Part shown: in pieces, positions 11,713 through 23,986 of the stretch
Position numbering within the stretch: the first letter of the stretch is position 1
Layout of the letters: every line of letters begins with the position of its first letter
Assembly (NCBI GenBank): GCA_965637545.1
Contig: OZ281497.1
Coordinates: 22,816,001 to 22,880,000 of the forward strand
Length of the DNA: 64,000 nt
Reading direction: 5' to 3'
Origin: Phallusia mammillata
Lineage: Eukaryota
Program-made: the position numbers and the translations under genes
The notes under the pieces: model-generated
Database searches by the model: none
Seen by the model: only the letters and a program-made list of their open reading frames with translations
What the model was told of the DNA's origin: nothing

Positions 11713-14700
11713 TTATTGGCATTTGGTGCTTGCCTCGCAGAGCAAGCACAATTTTGCAATCGGCCGTCTGTACGTGGAACCAGATTGCGTTTTAACGTTG
11801 ACTTGGCGGACAACACCGTGGATGTCCGGAAACGCGTGCAGAACGCGTCCAATCTCCCATCGACGTCGAGGCTGAGTCTCATCAACGATCATCACCACAT
11901 CTCCCGGTTGGAAATTGCGTTGTCGGTCGGGCCACTTTTGGCGTAAGGCAATTGTGGGCAAATATTCCCGAGACCATCTTCTCCAGAAATCATCGGCGAG
12001 AAGTTGGATTTGTTTCCATCGTCTTCGGCTATAGCAGTCCTTTGGATTGATAAGTCCCACTGGAACACTGTCAGAAGCACGCCCCAACAACAAATGGTTG
12101 GGCGTCAGTGGCTCATCTTCAGTAGACGTGAAGCTGATCGGTGTCAACGGTCTGGAATTTAAAATGCTTTCCACTTCGATCATCAAAGTTTGCAACATGT
12201 CCGCACCAAACGTTTGGTTTCTTGTTAGCATCGCATTTAGGATGCGACGAATAGATCTAATCATTCTCACCCACGAGCCTCCCATGTGAGAAGCAGCGGG
12301 ACAATTGAAATTCCACTTGATTTCCAGTCGTTTAAAGTACGATTCTAGTCGGGACTGCTGGAGACCTTGTAGGGCTTCACGTAATACTCTTTCAGCACCA
12401 ACAAAGTTCGTGCCGTTATCGCTGTATATCTCCTTTGGTCTGCCTCTTCTTCCTATGAATCGACGCAGGGCATTGATAAATGCATCAGTGGATAAATCAG
12501 GTGCCACCTCGATGTGTACAGCTCGCATAGTCAAGCAGGTGAATATGCACCCATAACTTTTCGTTTCACTTCTTCCTCGCTTTACCATGAATGGACCGAA
12601 GTAGTCAATGCCAACGTAAGTAAACGGTGGCTCATCAGGCTTCAATCGGGCAAATGGCAGTTCCGCCATTTGCTGTTGTCCTCGTCGTACGGTTCTCTTG
12701 CGACACAGCATGCAATTGCTGAGTTCCTTCCTCACAGCGGCGCCTCCCTTAATAATCCAGAAGCGCTGGCGCAGTGACGTCCAGATATGAGCAGTTCCAC
12801 AATGGCCAAGTTCTTGATGGTGGCTCTGAATAATCATTCTTGTTAGGTGGTGATCATACGGCAGTATAATCGGGTGTTTTGCGTCAAAGGCAATAGGCGC
12901 TTTTTCCAATCTCCCCCCAATTCGCAGTAGGCCATTGAAAACCTGGGGGCTAAGTTTCGCCAACGAATTAGCGTGTGGCGATTTCTTCAATTTCCTTTGC
13001 AGCTCCCTATCGGATTGTCCGTCGCTGGACAAAGCGTCGATAGCAGGAGCGAAACACTGGCGTTGCACATACTTTATTATCTCTAACTCCGCATCCTTCA
13101 GCTCATCCACGCTCAGCTTGCCGGTGGGCACAAAAATCTTTGAGCGCAGGAACGACTTAAAACGCAGCAGCCATGCGACCGTTGTCTTCAGGTTATGAAG
13201 AGATGAATATCGATTCAGCAAACGGTCGGTTGACCCTGACTGTGCAGAAACGTTTACAACAATCCTCTTCCGCTCAGCTGGCTGGAACTCTGGAGGAAGC
13301 TGAGCCTTCAACTCCGGCGGGGTTGGCCATCGATCTTTAGTTTGCCAAAGAAACTTTGGACCAGTCAGCCATCGAGAGCGGATGAGCTTGTGCACGGACA
13401 AACCTCGCGAAGCATCATCGGCGGGGTTTAGCTGGGAATTTACGTGCCTCCATTGATCAGGACTTGTCTGTCGATGAATTTCGGCCAACCTGTTGGCAAC
13501 AAATGTACCAAAGCGTTTGCTTTGGTTGTAAATACTTTGTCGGACGGCACACGAGTCTGTCCAAAACACGGACTCGCAGTTATCAAATTTTAGTTGGCGT
13601 CGAAGCCATTTGTCCGCTTTTACAGCTAAGACAGCAGCAGCAAGTTCAAGCCTCGGAATGCTTTCAGTTTTCGGGGGCGTCACCTTCGATTTGCCAAATA
13701 GAAACGAGCAGAGGACTTGTCCATCAGCATCTTCCAGACGAAGCCTTGAGTTGAAGCATTCGAAAAATGGTGCATCTCGCACTTCGCGACTGAGCCGAAG
13801 GTAGGAGGCTTAAAGCAGCGGGGAAGCGTCAACTTTTCGAGCTCCGGCAATTGAGAAAGCCAGCGTCGCCATTCGTCAATGTCGTCTTTGGGCAGCTCGT
13901 CATCCCACCCCAGCTTCTGTCGGACTATTTCTTGTTGTAACACCTTAGCAATCAAAGTTACAGGTGCAGCAAAACCCAAAGGGTCATAAAGCGTGTTAAC
14001 AGCACATAAAATATTGCGTCGGGTAAATTTCTTGCCTTGCATCGTGTCAGTTATGCTGAATCCAAATTCATCACTCTGTACCCGCCAGTAAACGCCTAGA
14101 ACGCGCTCTTTAACGGAAGCGTCCAAGTTTACATCGGTCAGCGATTTTGCTCTCTCTGCCTCTGGGATTTGATCCAAGACACGTTGATTGTTAGATAGCC
14201 ATTTGGTCAGGCGAAATCCTTCTTTCTTCAGCAAGGCGCGTAGTTGCTTGACCAACTCGGTGGCACGCTGTTTCGGCTGACGTCAAACAATCGTCTACGT
14301 AAAAATCATTGCGGACAATGTCCCCAACATCTTTATCAAACATTTTTCCAAACTGCTTCGCGGTTTCACGCAAGCAGAATGTGGCGCAGCTGGGCGATGA
14401 CGTAGCGCCAAAAATGTGCACGAAGCATACGATGAACGGTGGGCGTTCGGGATAGATCTCCCCCCGGCCACCATGAAAACCTTAAAGCACAATGTCAGAC
14501 TTGTGAACGCGGACCTGGTGGAACATTGCTTCCACGTCCGCTACCAGAGCAATACTGTTCATGCGAAATCTTTCCAAGACACCGATTAAACTATTAACCA
14601 AATCGGGTCCTTGCAGCAAGGCGTCGTTAAGAGACAATCCTCTGTGCTGCGCTGCGCAATCAAAAACGATGCGTACCTTGTCGGGTTTGCGCGGGTGGCA

Positions 14701-17700
14701 AACTGGATGATGTGGCAAATACCATTGAATACTGCCTGAAGCGTCCTCGGCTTCTTCATTTGTAACTTCTTCTGCGTAGCCCTCATCAATGTAGTCCTGC
14801 ATCTTTTGGACGTACTTGTCTTTAAGAGAGACATCGCGCGAGAAGCGTTTCTTCAGCGACCAAAGCCGTCGTTCAGCCATGTGACGGCTGTCTTTCGGTA
14901 AAGTAACATCACTTCGCCACGGAAGAGGCAAACAAAAATGTCCGTCCGTGTGTTTCACTGAGCTCTTCATCATGCGTATCACCTTCCGGTCTTCAACTGA
15001 CGTAGGAAAGGGCAAGTCGTTTGGGTCTTGCATAAATTCGTCCACCCAAGAATCACCGCTTAGTTCCTGGGTCTCTTTGCATCTAAAGAAGTTTACCGAA
15101 ATATTATCAACAGCAGGATAGCAGACGTATGGGCCAACAAGTGACCATCCAAGCGGGGTTCTCGCAGCAAAAGGTTGCTTGCGTTCCCCTGTTCTCATTT
15201 CCAGTACTCTATGTGCGTATGGGACGTCAGTGCCGATAAGTAGTAGCACCTCTCCTTCATCCAACTCGGGAAATTCCAAACCCTGTAGGTGTGGAAACCT
15301 GTTCACTTCCGACTTTGTTGGTGTCGGATTCGGCTCAACCGGTATGGTGTCGATGGACAGAGCGTTGTCGACACTAATCTCTTCATTTTCATCTAGCGAC
15401 AAAACGCTAAAACTTGCGCTTATTCCGCTATGGTTCGCCGGTCTTCTTCCGACGCTGGACATCGTAACTTGTTTTGGTCTTCCACTTATTGGAAGCAGAT
15501 CTGCCAACCTTTTATCATAGAAGCTTGTGTCAGACCCTTGGTCGAGAAACGCGTACGTTCTGATCTGCTGACCGTTCGACCGAATTTTCACTGGAATAAC
15601 AGAAAAGTACGATGAATGACAATTCTTTATCGCGTTGCACCTGGCTGTAGAACTAGATGCCTGTCCATTAGAAGGTTCGCTGCGCGGAGCTCTGTTGTAT
15701 CTCTCAGGAGCATGTGCGTAGGTCCTGGAACGCACGGGATTTTGCATATTTTCATGTAGCAACGTGTGCTGTGAAAGGTTGCAACCTCTCACAGTATAAC
15801 TACACCCTTTCGATAACCAAAACAGTTAAAGCACATAAACTTATCTCTTAGAAACTCTCTTCTTTACACCGTGGACTTTCTGCCGAACACTTCACATCTT
15901 TCCAACACGTGATTTCGTTTACAACACGGGCAGCTTATGGGTGACACAGGAGCAGGACTCTGGTTTGTGGTCACAGTCGCACAGGTAACGTTCCTCCCAC
16001 CGGGTTTTGCGGGGCGCTTCTTTTCTTCAGCCTTTCGGGAAACACACAATTGACCAGGTAAAGTATTTACTACGGCAGACTCTTCTTCGACGAACTCAAC
16101 GAGATCGGCAAAATCCGCTTCTCTTCCAGTTTTCCTTACAGTCTGCGCGACTCGGCGGCGCCAAAGCCTTTGCGACTCGTACGGGAGCCTATTTGCAAGA
16201 GCCACTAAACGGTCAACTGTGTTAAGATCAGCAAAATTCCCTAGCTGGCGAAGTACCAGCAGACATTTCCTCATAGTCTGCGCATAAGTGCGCATACCAG
16301 TAGCATCGTCCGGTTTTAAGTTCGGACCCTTAGTTAACTCTTCAACAAATGCTCTAGCCACTATGTAGGGCTTATCGAAGTTCTGATAAAGAATTCTTCT
16401 TGCATTGGGATAACCTTCTTCCGTATCTAGAACAGAGCAGTGTTCAATTAAAGACCTCGCTTTTCCCTTGCACTGATTTATAAGCAGTGTCAATCGCATA
16501 TCATCGCTTCGTGTTTTGCATTCGAGATTAGATTCAAAGTAGCGTACAAACATCCAATAGTCAGTAGGATTGCCCGAGAACGTCATGTGATCGGGCTTCG
16601 GCATACGCATGCCCTCTCCAACTGCCTTCACTATACATGGAAGCACAGCTGGGTTTTCTTCGTTCACTTTAACAACTGAATGGGCCTTCGTCACAGGAAC
16701 ACGTACATTAGGACGCAAAGTTTCCTGTGGTTCTACTCTATCTCGAATAGGAAACGTAGAGTTCCTAGAAGCAGAAGATGTTAACGGACCGTCATTGGAG
16801 ACTGCATCCGAAAAAACCGTCACTACGTCTGGAATCTGGTCATCGTTGGATCTTTTGTCCATTTGTGATAAACGTTCATCATCTTCATTCAGGATTCTAG
16901 CTCTGGCGTCGGCAGCCTGAAACTCATATTTTGCCTGTAGTTTTCGCCTTTCCGCTCGTAGGGCAATCTGTTCTAGCTCCGCCTTTCTTTGTTTTTGTTC
17001 TTCTTCTAGATCTGCCTTTCTCTGTTTTTCTTCCTTTTCCAGTTCTGCCTTCCTCTGTTTTTCTTCCTTTTCTAGTTCTGCCTTCCTCTGTTTTTCTTCC
17101 TTTTCCAGTTCCGCCTTCCTCTGTTTCTCCTTCTTTTCCAGCGCAATTTACCGCTGCTCTTCGATTCCTAGAGCTTCGCGCTTAGCAAGCTCGTTTTCCT
17201 CATCAATTTGTTTGAGGCGGATTAACGCAAGCTGCCGCTCTACCTTGGCCTCTCGGCGACTTCTCTCCGTAGCAGATGTGCTCGCGCTAGATGAACGTGA
17301 GCGGCCGGATCGTGACGTCCTACTGGAAACAACAGTCGGGGCCCTGAACTGTGGACTTAGCACAAGTTCTGGCAGTGAGTCAGGCGTTTTGGAAGGCGGT
17401 AGCTCTGATACTCTATTTTCGAATTCAAGTTTGCTGTGTTCAAGAGATTTTAAATCTTCTTTGGAAGCAGCAAGTTTCTCTGGGTCGTTACATGAATTAA
17501 TAAATGCATCGTACATACTGTGAAGTATCGTATAGTTTTCGTTTTGTTTTTGAGCCACTCGCAACGTAGAGTGCTCTTTATTTAGAATGCCAGTATCAGC
17601 CACAACATACCAGCTATTCAATTTATCTGCACATCGGCGTAGATCGTCGTAGGTTGGGACTGGTTGTGCAGCAAATGGTCTCAAACGTGTAGGCACCGGC

Positions 17701-17741
17701 GATTCCATCGGAGATGGTGTCTTTTCCAAATCTTCAGCCAT
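11713..17741 (-). pseudogene. Disrupted gag-pol polyprotein of the BEL/Pao element
   Basis: ORF pieces: 17148-17741 and 15864-16862 (gag, same frame, TAA at 17148-17150 and 15864-15866), 14482-15792 (protease AFLDQGSDT, RT N-terminus), 14191-14421 (FGATSSP...YVDD), 13680-14255 (RT/RH), 11713-13782 (RH, integrase). They are joined by at least five frameshifts. Confidence 0.92.
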
Positions 17742-17855
17742 CGTGGTGAAATTCGCTTTATAGATAACTCTGGAATCTTTATTTTCAGAAACACTGAAAA
17801 CTTTATTTTCAGGAAACTCTGAAAACTTTATTTTCAGCCACTCTGAAAACTTTAA

Positions 17856-18524
17856 TGTAACGTCAGGAATTTGCGCGCCTGGTACCGCGCTGGCGTCACA
17901 CTAGAGAAGTCCAATTTCTGGAAACGCGTGAATTTATTTTACACGTCAACACGGTTCAATACGACACGGTAATCACGTCACGTTCACGGTAGACACGTCA
18001 CGTTCAAGATAATCACGGTTTTCTGCAAAGAGAACATTCGCTCAAAAATGGGAAACAGGAGTTAATTTTAAGCCTGCAGAAATAAAGCTTACCAGAGTTT
18101 TGGACCAGGGTATCAAAGACAAACACAGTTTGATGTCGTCAGAAAGCGTTCTACACAGATGAAAAACGATAATTCAAATGTACGGCCAATCGGGGAACTG
18201 AAATACAAATCAAGCTTACCTTGCAAAGGCAACATTATTCCTTTTCGTCAGAGTTTTTAAGTTTATAAAGCATTACCGTCTATTAATGACAAACAAATTA
18301 TAATTAGTCACTTTCATTACTTTATCTAACGTTTGCAAATTAAAGTCAGCAACTAATGAACTACACGTGGTCCAAACTAAACTCAATACTAAATGGCCAA
18401 AGGCACAGCATAGAGAAATAAACTACAATGATATTGTTACGTCATAGGGGATTCTGGCATTGTGGTGCAATCACACCATATAAGATGTGACGTAGGTTAC
18501 GGTTGAGTGATTTACGATGTTACA
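17856..18524 (-). repeat. 5' LTR of the BEL/Pao element
   Basis: Direct repeat of 10760-11428. Candidate TATAAA on - near 18261-18268 and AATAAA on - near 17933-17938. Confidence 0.97.
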
Positions 18525-18577
18525 ATGAAAAATTGTTTTATATATCGTTTTACCGTTTTGCAGAAACAAAAACGGAC

Positions 18578-21500
18578 ATGGCGGTGAAGTGTAATTATCT
18601 AGTCAAATTATTATTTTTTACTTTAATTCCGTCTTCTACAGGACAGACCAACGGTAAGTAGCAATAATGTATAGCAATATACATACAGACGCGTATTATT
18701 TCGTTATCATATTATTAGACACTAGAACAAAAATTCTAATTCCTTAAAATTCGTTCATTGAAATTTTTTCTGTTCATGTGTAATTTTCAGGTTGTAACAC
18801 ACGAAACAAAGGCATTAAATGATGAGTGGAATTTCGTGTTTGTTTTGTTAAACTAAAACGCAAGTGATTTGACCAACCTCTGCGGAGACAATTGCACCAA
18901 CAATTACATACGTAAACAGTATTAAACATATTTCACTTAGCAGAAAAACTATGAGAGCAGTGAAGGACAGTGTGTTGATTTTATCTGACGATCTTATGGA
19001 TGCAAACACTGCACTGGAGAAATGTTCTTTGCTGGGTGGAAATCTTGCAATGACTGATGACCCACAGATCAACACAACTCTCACTCAACTCATGACAGAC
19101 AAATACACAACAGGTTTGGGTTGTTGATGGAACAAAACTTTAACTTCAAACCGATTAAAAGTTTAATTTTTGTTTCATTTTTATGGCCACATTTTTTTAT
19201 GGGTCACGTTGTCATTTAAGTATTTTTAGTTTCACCCAATTTTGGCAACAAAAACAAAACATTTTACGTACTATCTTTCCTTGTGTATTTGCTAAAAGGA
19301 ATGGAATGGCATTACAGTATTCTTTTTTTCTACACTGACATTAGAAAACACCCAAAAAATATTCAGTCATGGAAGCATAGGCAGCATGCGTTCAAGCAAG
19401 TTGCGAAGTGTTAAAGAATCTTTTGAGAGCTTTACCACATATAAAGGATCGTTTCTGGCACCAAGTAAGAGTTTGGTTTCAAAGAACAAAATATCCTACT
19501 TCATTTCAAAAATAAATGTAATAGGAAGCAAATGCCAAATTGTAAATCAGTTCGAGACATATACTTTGCGTATACAGACATCTCCAGTCTTTAAAAAGCT
19601 TCAAACAATAAAAGTTAAATAGAAGAATCAGTTTCAAAAACATGGAAACCACCATCATGTCGAACCCGCAAACCGAGAATAGTTCGGAGTACGGCTTTTC
19701 GATGGGTCCTGGAATTATTAACTGCAAAAAAAAACGGGATTAGCAACTTTTAGCCACTCTTGTTTACAAACGGGCAAGCACCCTGTGGAACCTGCTTACC
19801 AATTACTGGAGGTTGGCCCACGCGCAGGAACAACACAATCCAGTCTTGCCTTTGCAGAAAAAGTGCATTATGCGGCAATCATGGCGGTCATAGAAACATG
19901 GTTTACAAACAGTGCGGTTTCAGAACACATGGACAAGTTTTAAAATTAAAAAATTCAATAGACCTTGATTGCAAGTGCTGAGGTGTATATGCGGCAACTT
20001 ACATCATATGCAATGGACAATACGCAGGACAGACAAAAACCGTTTCGGCACCGGTTGGACACACCACAGGTCCAATATGGAAGGAACATACAGTAAAGGA
20101 TGAAAATGACAATGCAGCATTACTGCATCACTACGTCACAGTACATCCAACAGATTTTGCCACATACCCCGTCATAGCGCAATGTTGCGGACGTTCGGCA
20201 CCCAAAGACCTGGATGCGTGTGAAGCCAAGTTGATAAAAATTACACAGGCCGGCCACCATTAATATTTAAACAAATGGTTTTACCTACATTGCGCTGATT
20301 TGTAGTTTTAATGCGTATCTGTTTACGTTGTTATCTTATTTACGTTTATCGCATGTCCTCGTAGGTTTGATGCAGTTGTTCTGTTGTGGGCTATTAGAAC
20401 CAAGATGAAAAAAAAATGTCATTTAGTTTTCCTATTTTATTTTGTATGCATTTGCATCTGTTCCCCTGTATTTAACCTTCGTTGTTTGCAGTTTTTAGAG
20501 ACTCACGATGCCTGTACAGTAAAATATATATCTCGACTTTAACAACTTCATGTCTACTGATTTCGAGTTAAAAGCATTTCCTTCTTTATTATCACTTACT
20601 GAAACAGTTGATAAAAAATGCGTTTTACATTTTGTAGACGTCAAAGTCTTCATTGGAGCTCGTTACAACAAGTCATTGAATGGTTGGTATTGGAGCGAAG
20701 GATCTTCGGCAAACTTTTCCGTTTCCAACGTTACAACTTGCCAGCAGGGAACGTTGCATTATGGGATCGGATGGGAGCAGTCAAGCATGAACTGCAGTGG
20801 AGAACCGACTTACTACGCTTGTCAAGTGAAATGTGAGTTGTTTCAAAACAACAGATTTTTTCCAAATTAAAAAGTAGACTTAACACCATTTTTTGCAAGA
20901 TCTCTTAAATTAATTTCAGTTAAAGTATTTGTGGAAAAATTTAAATGCAATGCATCAACTGTGGTGGTCAGTTGGTGTGGACTTGATCGATTCATCAAGA
21001 ATAACAATCTCGAAGGTATTGTTTCGTCACATTAAGCTTTTTTTAACATGTGGATATACTGTGTCTTTTTACAAATGGTGTATTTAGGTTGAAATTTGTG
21101 TTGTGGAAATAGACAAGAGGATCTTAGCACCGTATGCAGATCAAAACACATCCATTTGAAACCTATGAGAATATAACTTCAGTGTAAGTTAGACAAGTTT
21201 GAAATATTTTAAGTCAGCTTACCCATGCTTCAGAAAATTAAGTACAAGCTGCTTAATGTTGAAATTGAATTCGTTACACAACCTAAGTAAAATAAGTGTT
21301 TCATTTGACAAAGAATGTAAATGATATAACACTAGTTTGGCCTCCAAACTTGTAATGGTCCACTTATAACTGTCGGGTCTATGGAAATTCAGATCCGTTT
21401 TGTATTCTTTTATTCTTCACCACACATTATATCGAACATGAATCCAAATTCAAGTCCAAAGATGCAATTACGTAACGGGTCAGATTTCCTTAAAAATGCG

Positions 21501-21967
21501 ACCGTTGGTGCTCAATCCTATATTTAAATAGATTCAATAAAAAGTAACACGTTAATGATATGACAGATTCCGCACAACTGCACAATTCTCATCACACAAC
21601 TTAACACATCAAGTGAGGCGCACGCAGTGTGAAGCGCAACAGAACTGCCACTTACGTTAGATTCCAAACACTCGTTTTTCCCACAGATCATCATAATAAG
21701 TAAACATTGGTTCCACAGAACATCTGGAAAACAAGCGACCCCGCCACAGTTTCCACATCAGAGAAAAGAAGGTAAGGAAACATTTTACACCAGAAAAGCA
21801 AGTTTTTCTCAAAAAAAATTAAAATTAACTCTATGACATAATTGCCTCTTAACTATGAGATTTACAATCTGTTTTGCAGCAAACTCTACCACCAAATAAC
21901 GGATGAACATGAATACGAAAACTACAAACCAACAAATGAAAACCCTAGATACGAAACAATAACATAA
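18578..21967 (+). pseudogene. Copy C: decayed Tyr-tail receptor
   Basis: Signal exon 18578-18653. Lectin exon 2 is split by an ~140-bp insert (18791...19113). Exons 3-4 are absent. Exon 5 homolog ~19295-19465 and exon 6 20638-20832 are present. FN3 exons 20920-21015 (5-nt deletion) and ~21088-21184 (stop) follow, with no TM exon. Tail exons ~21688-21774 and 21880-21967 (HEYENYKPTNENPRYETIT*, 1-nt deletion). Confidence 0.85.
19540..20290 (+). mobile_element. Penelope-like element 3' fragment (degenerate GIY-YIG endonuclease region) inside copy C
   Basis: Frame-broken translation CRKSALCGNHGGHRNMV...LKLKNSIDLDCKC*GVYAATYIICNGQYAGQT...DENDNAALLHHYVTVH...DLDACEAK. This is the Cys-rich linker plus GIY-YIG motif layout of Penelope-like elements (family knowledge). 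Confidence 0.7.
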
Positions 21968-23986
21968 CATTTTTTTTACTTTGTTATCAGTTGTATCCAC
22001 TTAATTTTCTTCTGTTTAATTGTCAGTTCGGTTTCCTAAAGTGGTAAATGTTTTGTAAAATTATAATGTTCAACTATAATGCTTTGCTTTCACTTTGTTT
22101 GTACATAGTGCACATTTCCTAATAAAATCACAGACAAACAAATAAGAGAAAAGCATGTTGTGTTTTTGTTGTTGTTTTAGTAATTGCAGATTTTTGTAAC
22201 TATTTGCATGGCTTTAACCAAAAGCTGCATGAAAAAGTTTACTTAGTGACTATAATCTCATAAAAGTTTAAAAATAAAGTATGATTAATTTGGAAAACAA
22301 GTGCTGTCTACGTAGAATTTCATGAGTGTAAGAACCCCGAAAACACAGTAATCGGACATTTGAAACAGGCGAAGAACCGAAACCTAAAATTTCCCCATTA
22401 AAACACTACTTTGACGCTCAAATTATAAAATGTCACGGGTAAAAGAAACTGGAATATAACCTAATCGATTTCAGGAAAGAATTTAAGGTAAGCAAACTCC
22501 ACAAATGCAACCCAAAAAAAAGTCGCAAAGTTACAAGAAAAGTGAAGCGGAATGAGATTGACCTTAAAGTTGAGGTTTTGTTTCCTTTGCTGGATACCGG
22601 AGGTAACATTTACACATTTGTAAAAATAAAAGTTGATACATACAACGCTCCACAGCACAGTGTTGGACCTTTGCTTGAAATTACACAAATACTGATCGTT
22701 GTTTGTATGTGTGTAAAACCTTGTTCAAAAACTAATTACAACTGTTTCAAAAGACGCGACTCACTCAAAGTTACGATAAAAAACATAAAAAAGATGAAAT
22801 CATACTGATGTTTTCTTCTGTGTTTCATCCCATATGTCATCGTTACAAATGGTCATCGGTTTTATATGATGAGCGCCCGACCCCTAAAACCACTTTGACT
22901 TTCAATTTTTTGTTACGTACCATTAGATTGTTAGTTTACGCAAGACAAAGCAGATGGTAAGATTTGTTTAAAATCACTTTCATTTTGTGAGCAAACAAAC
23001 GGCTTTGTTCAATCGATGTTGTTCTAAATAGATTCCTCTGTATACGAACAGGCTGCAGAACTGGACAACGACAACAACAGACGTATCAATAGCAGATATA
23101 GTGTTTTGGAAAAAGATAGACTAAAAGTAATTGTTAAAAGTTCACTTCCTAAGGGCTGTACATTGCAATTACACAAAAACTATTACTTAGGCCTTAGGTG
23201 AAAATGCTCACGTTTAAACACAAGACCAAAAGAAAGTGATTAAAAGCATGGCGGCTTAATCGTCATCATAAAGCATTATGTGACGAAACCTCACATTGGA
23301 GAGGATCATCCAACCTAGGGAAACAAGTAGGATCAGCAAATTGAGTAGAGTTAGGATTATTTGGTTTGGTGAAAGAACATGGAAGAAAAATTTTATTGAA
23401 AAAACCTCAAGTCGGAAAAAGCTTCGCAACCTACAGCCTAAAAGTTGTAGGTCCCAATTATTGAAAGCGTCAAGTCAGATCGATCATACAGTTGCATATA
23501 CAGCACAATATGCGTTTTTGCTCCACGGACATACGTAAAAGTTTCACCTGCTTTGTTGTGATGCTTCTCCATTTTTGCTTCAAACGTGCAAGTGCAAAAA
23601 GCTTTAGGGTCAGTTCAAGTGACAAATTGATTTAAAAGTCAATGATGGATAAATGTTTAGATATACAGGCAGCATTATGTAATATTTCTCACGCGCCGCT
23701 TTCGCAATGCTAGTGGATGATTTCAACTAGGCACAAGAAATTGTTATGTAGACGGTGACTCAGAGGCAAATCAACAAGGCATTGTAATCAGGAGTGGCAA
23801 ACAAGCAGATGCGCAGTGTATAGGGTCAGTTAAGTTAAACTGTTGTAAAGTGTGACAGATTACGGACCATAGTTTACCAGAAGTCATAAAACAAACACTA
23901 TTTGAAAAATTTCTGTTTTCACAGAAAATATAAACGACAAATAGCTGCAGAAACTGTTGGTTTATTTTCAGATATTCCTCTCAGAA

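Larger units (their letters stand above)
10760..18524 (-). mobile_element. Full-length BEL/Pao LTR retrotransposon (defective)
   Basis: Two 669-bp TG...CA LTRs with about 3 mismatches and a 5-bp TSD ATGAA (10755-10759, 18525-18529). A polypurine tract lies next to the 3' LTR. Domain order is gag-PR-RT-RH-IN with Pao signatures (YLPHHPV, RIVFDCAA, YVDD, IPRLELAAA, GIDYFGP, SDNGTNF). Confidence 0.97.

Noticed and set aside
11411-11946. + strand ORFs of 154 and 82 aa as a possible env or accessory gene
   Set aside because: They are antisense to the integrase end and the 3' untranslated region, with no signal peptide, TM or recognisable motif.
16931-17185. + strand ORF with LPFPVLPSSVF repeats (84 aa)
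   Set aside because: It is the antisense reading of the gag Glu/Lys-rich repeat.
17761-17855. CRISPR-like repeat array
   Set aside because: The ~24-bp units are adjacent with only ~5-nt separators, lie inside a retrotransposon leader in a eukaryotic genome, and have no cas genes nearby.
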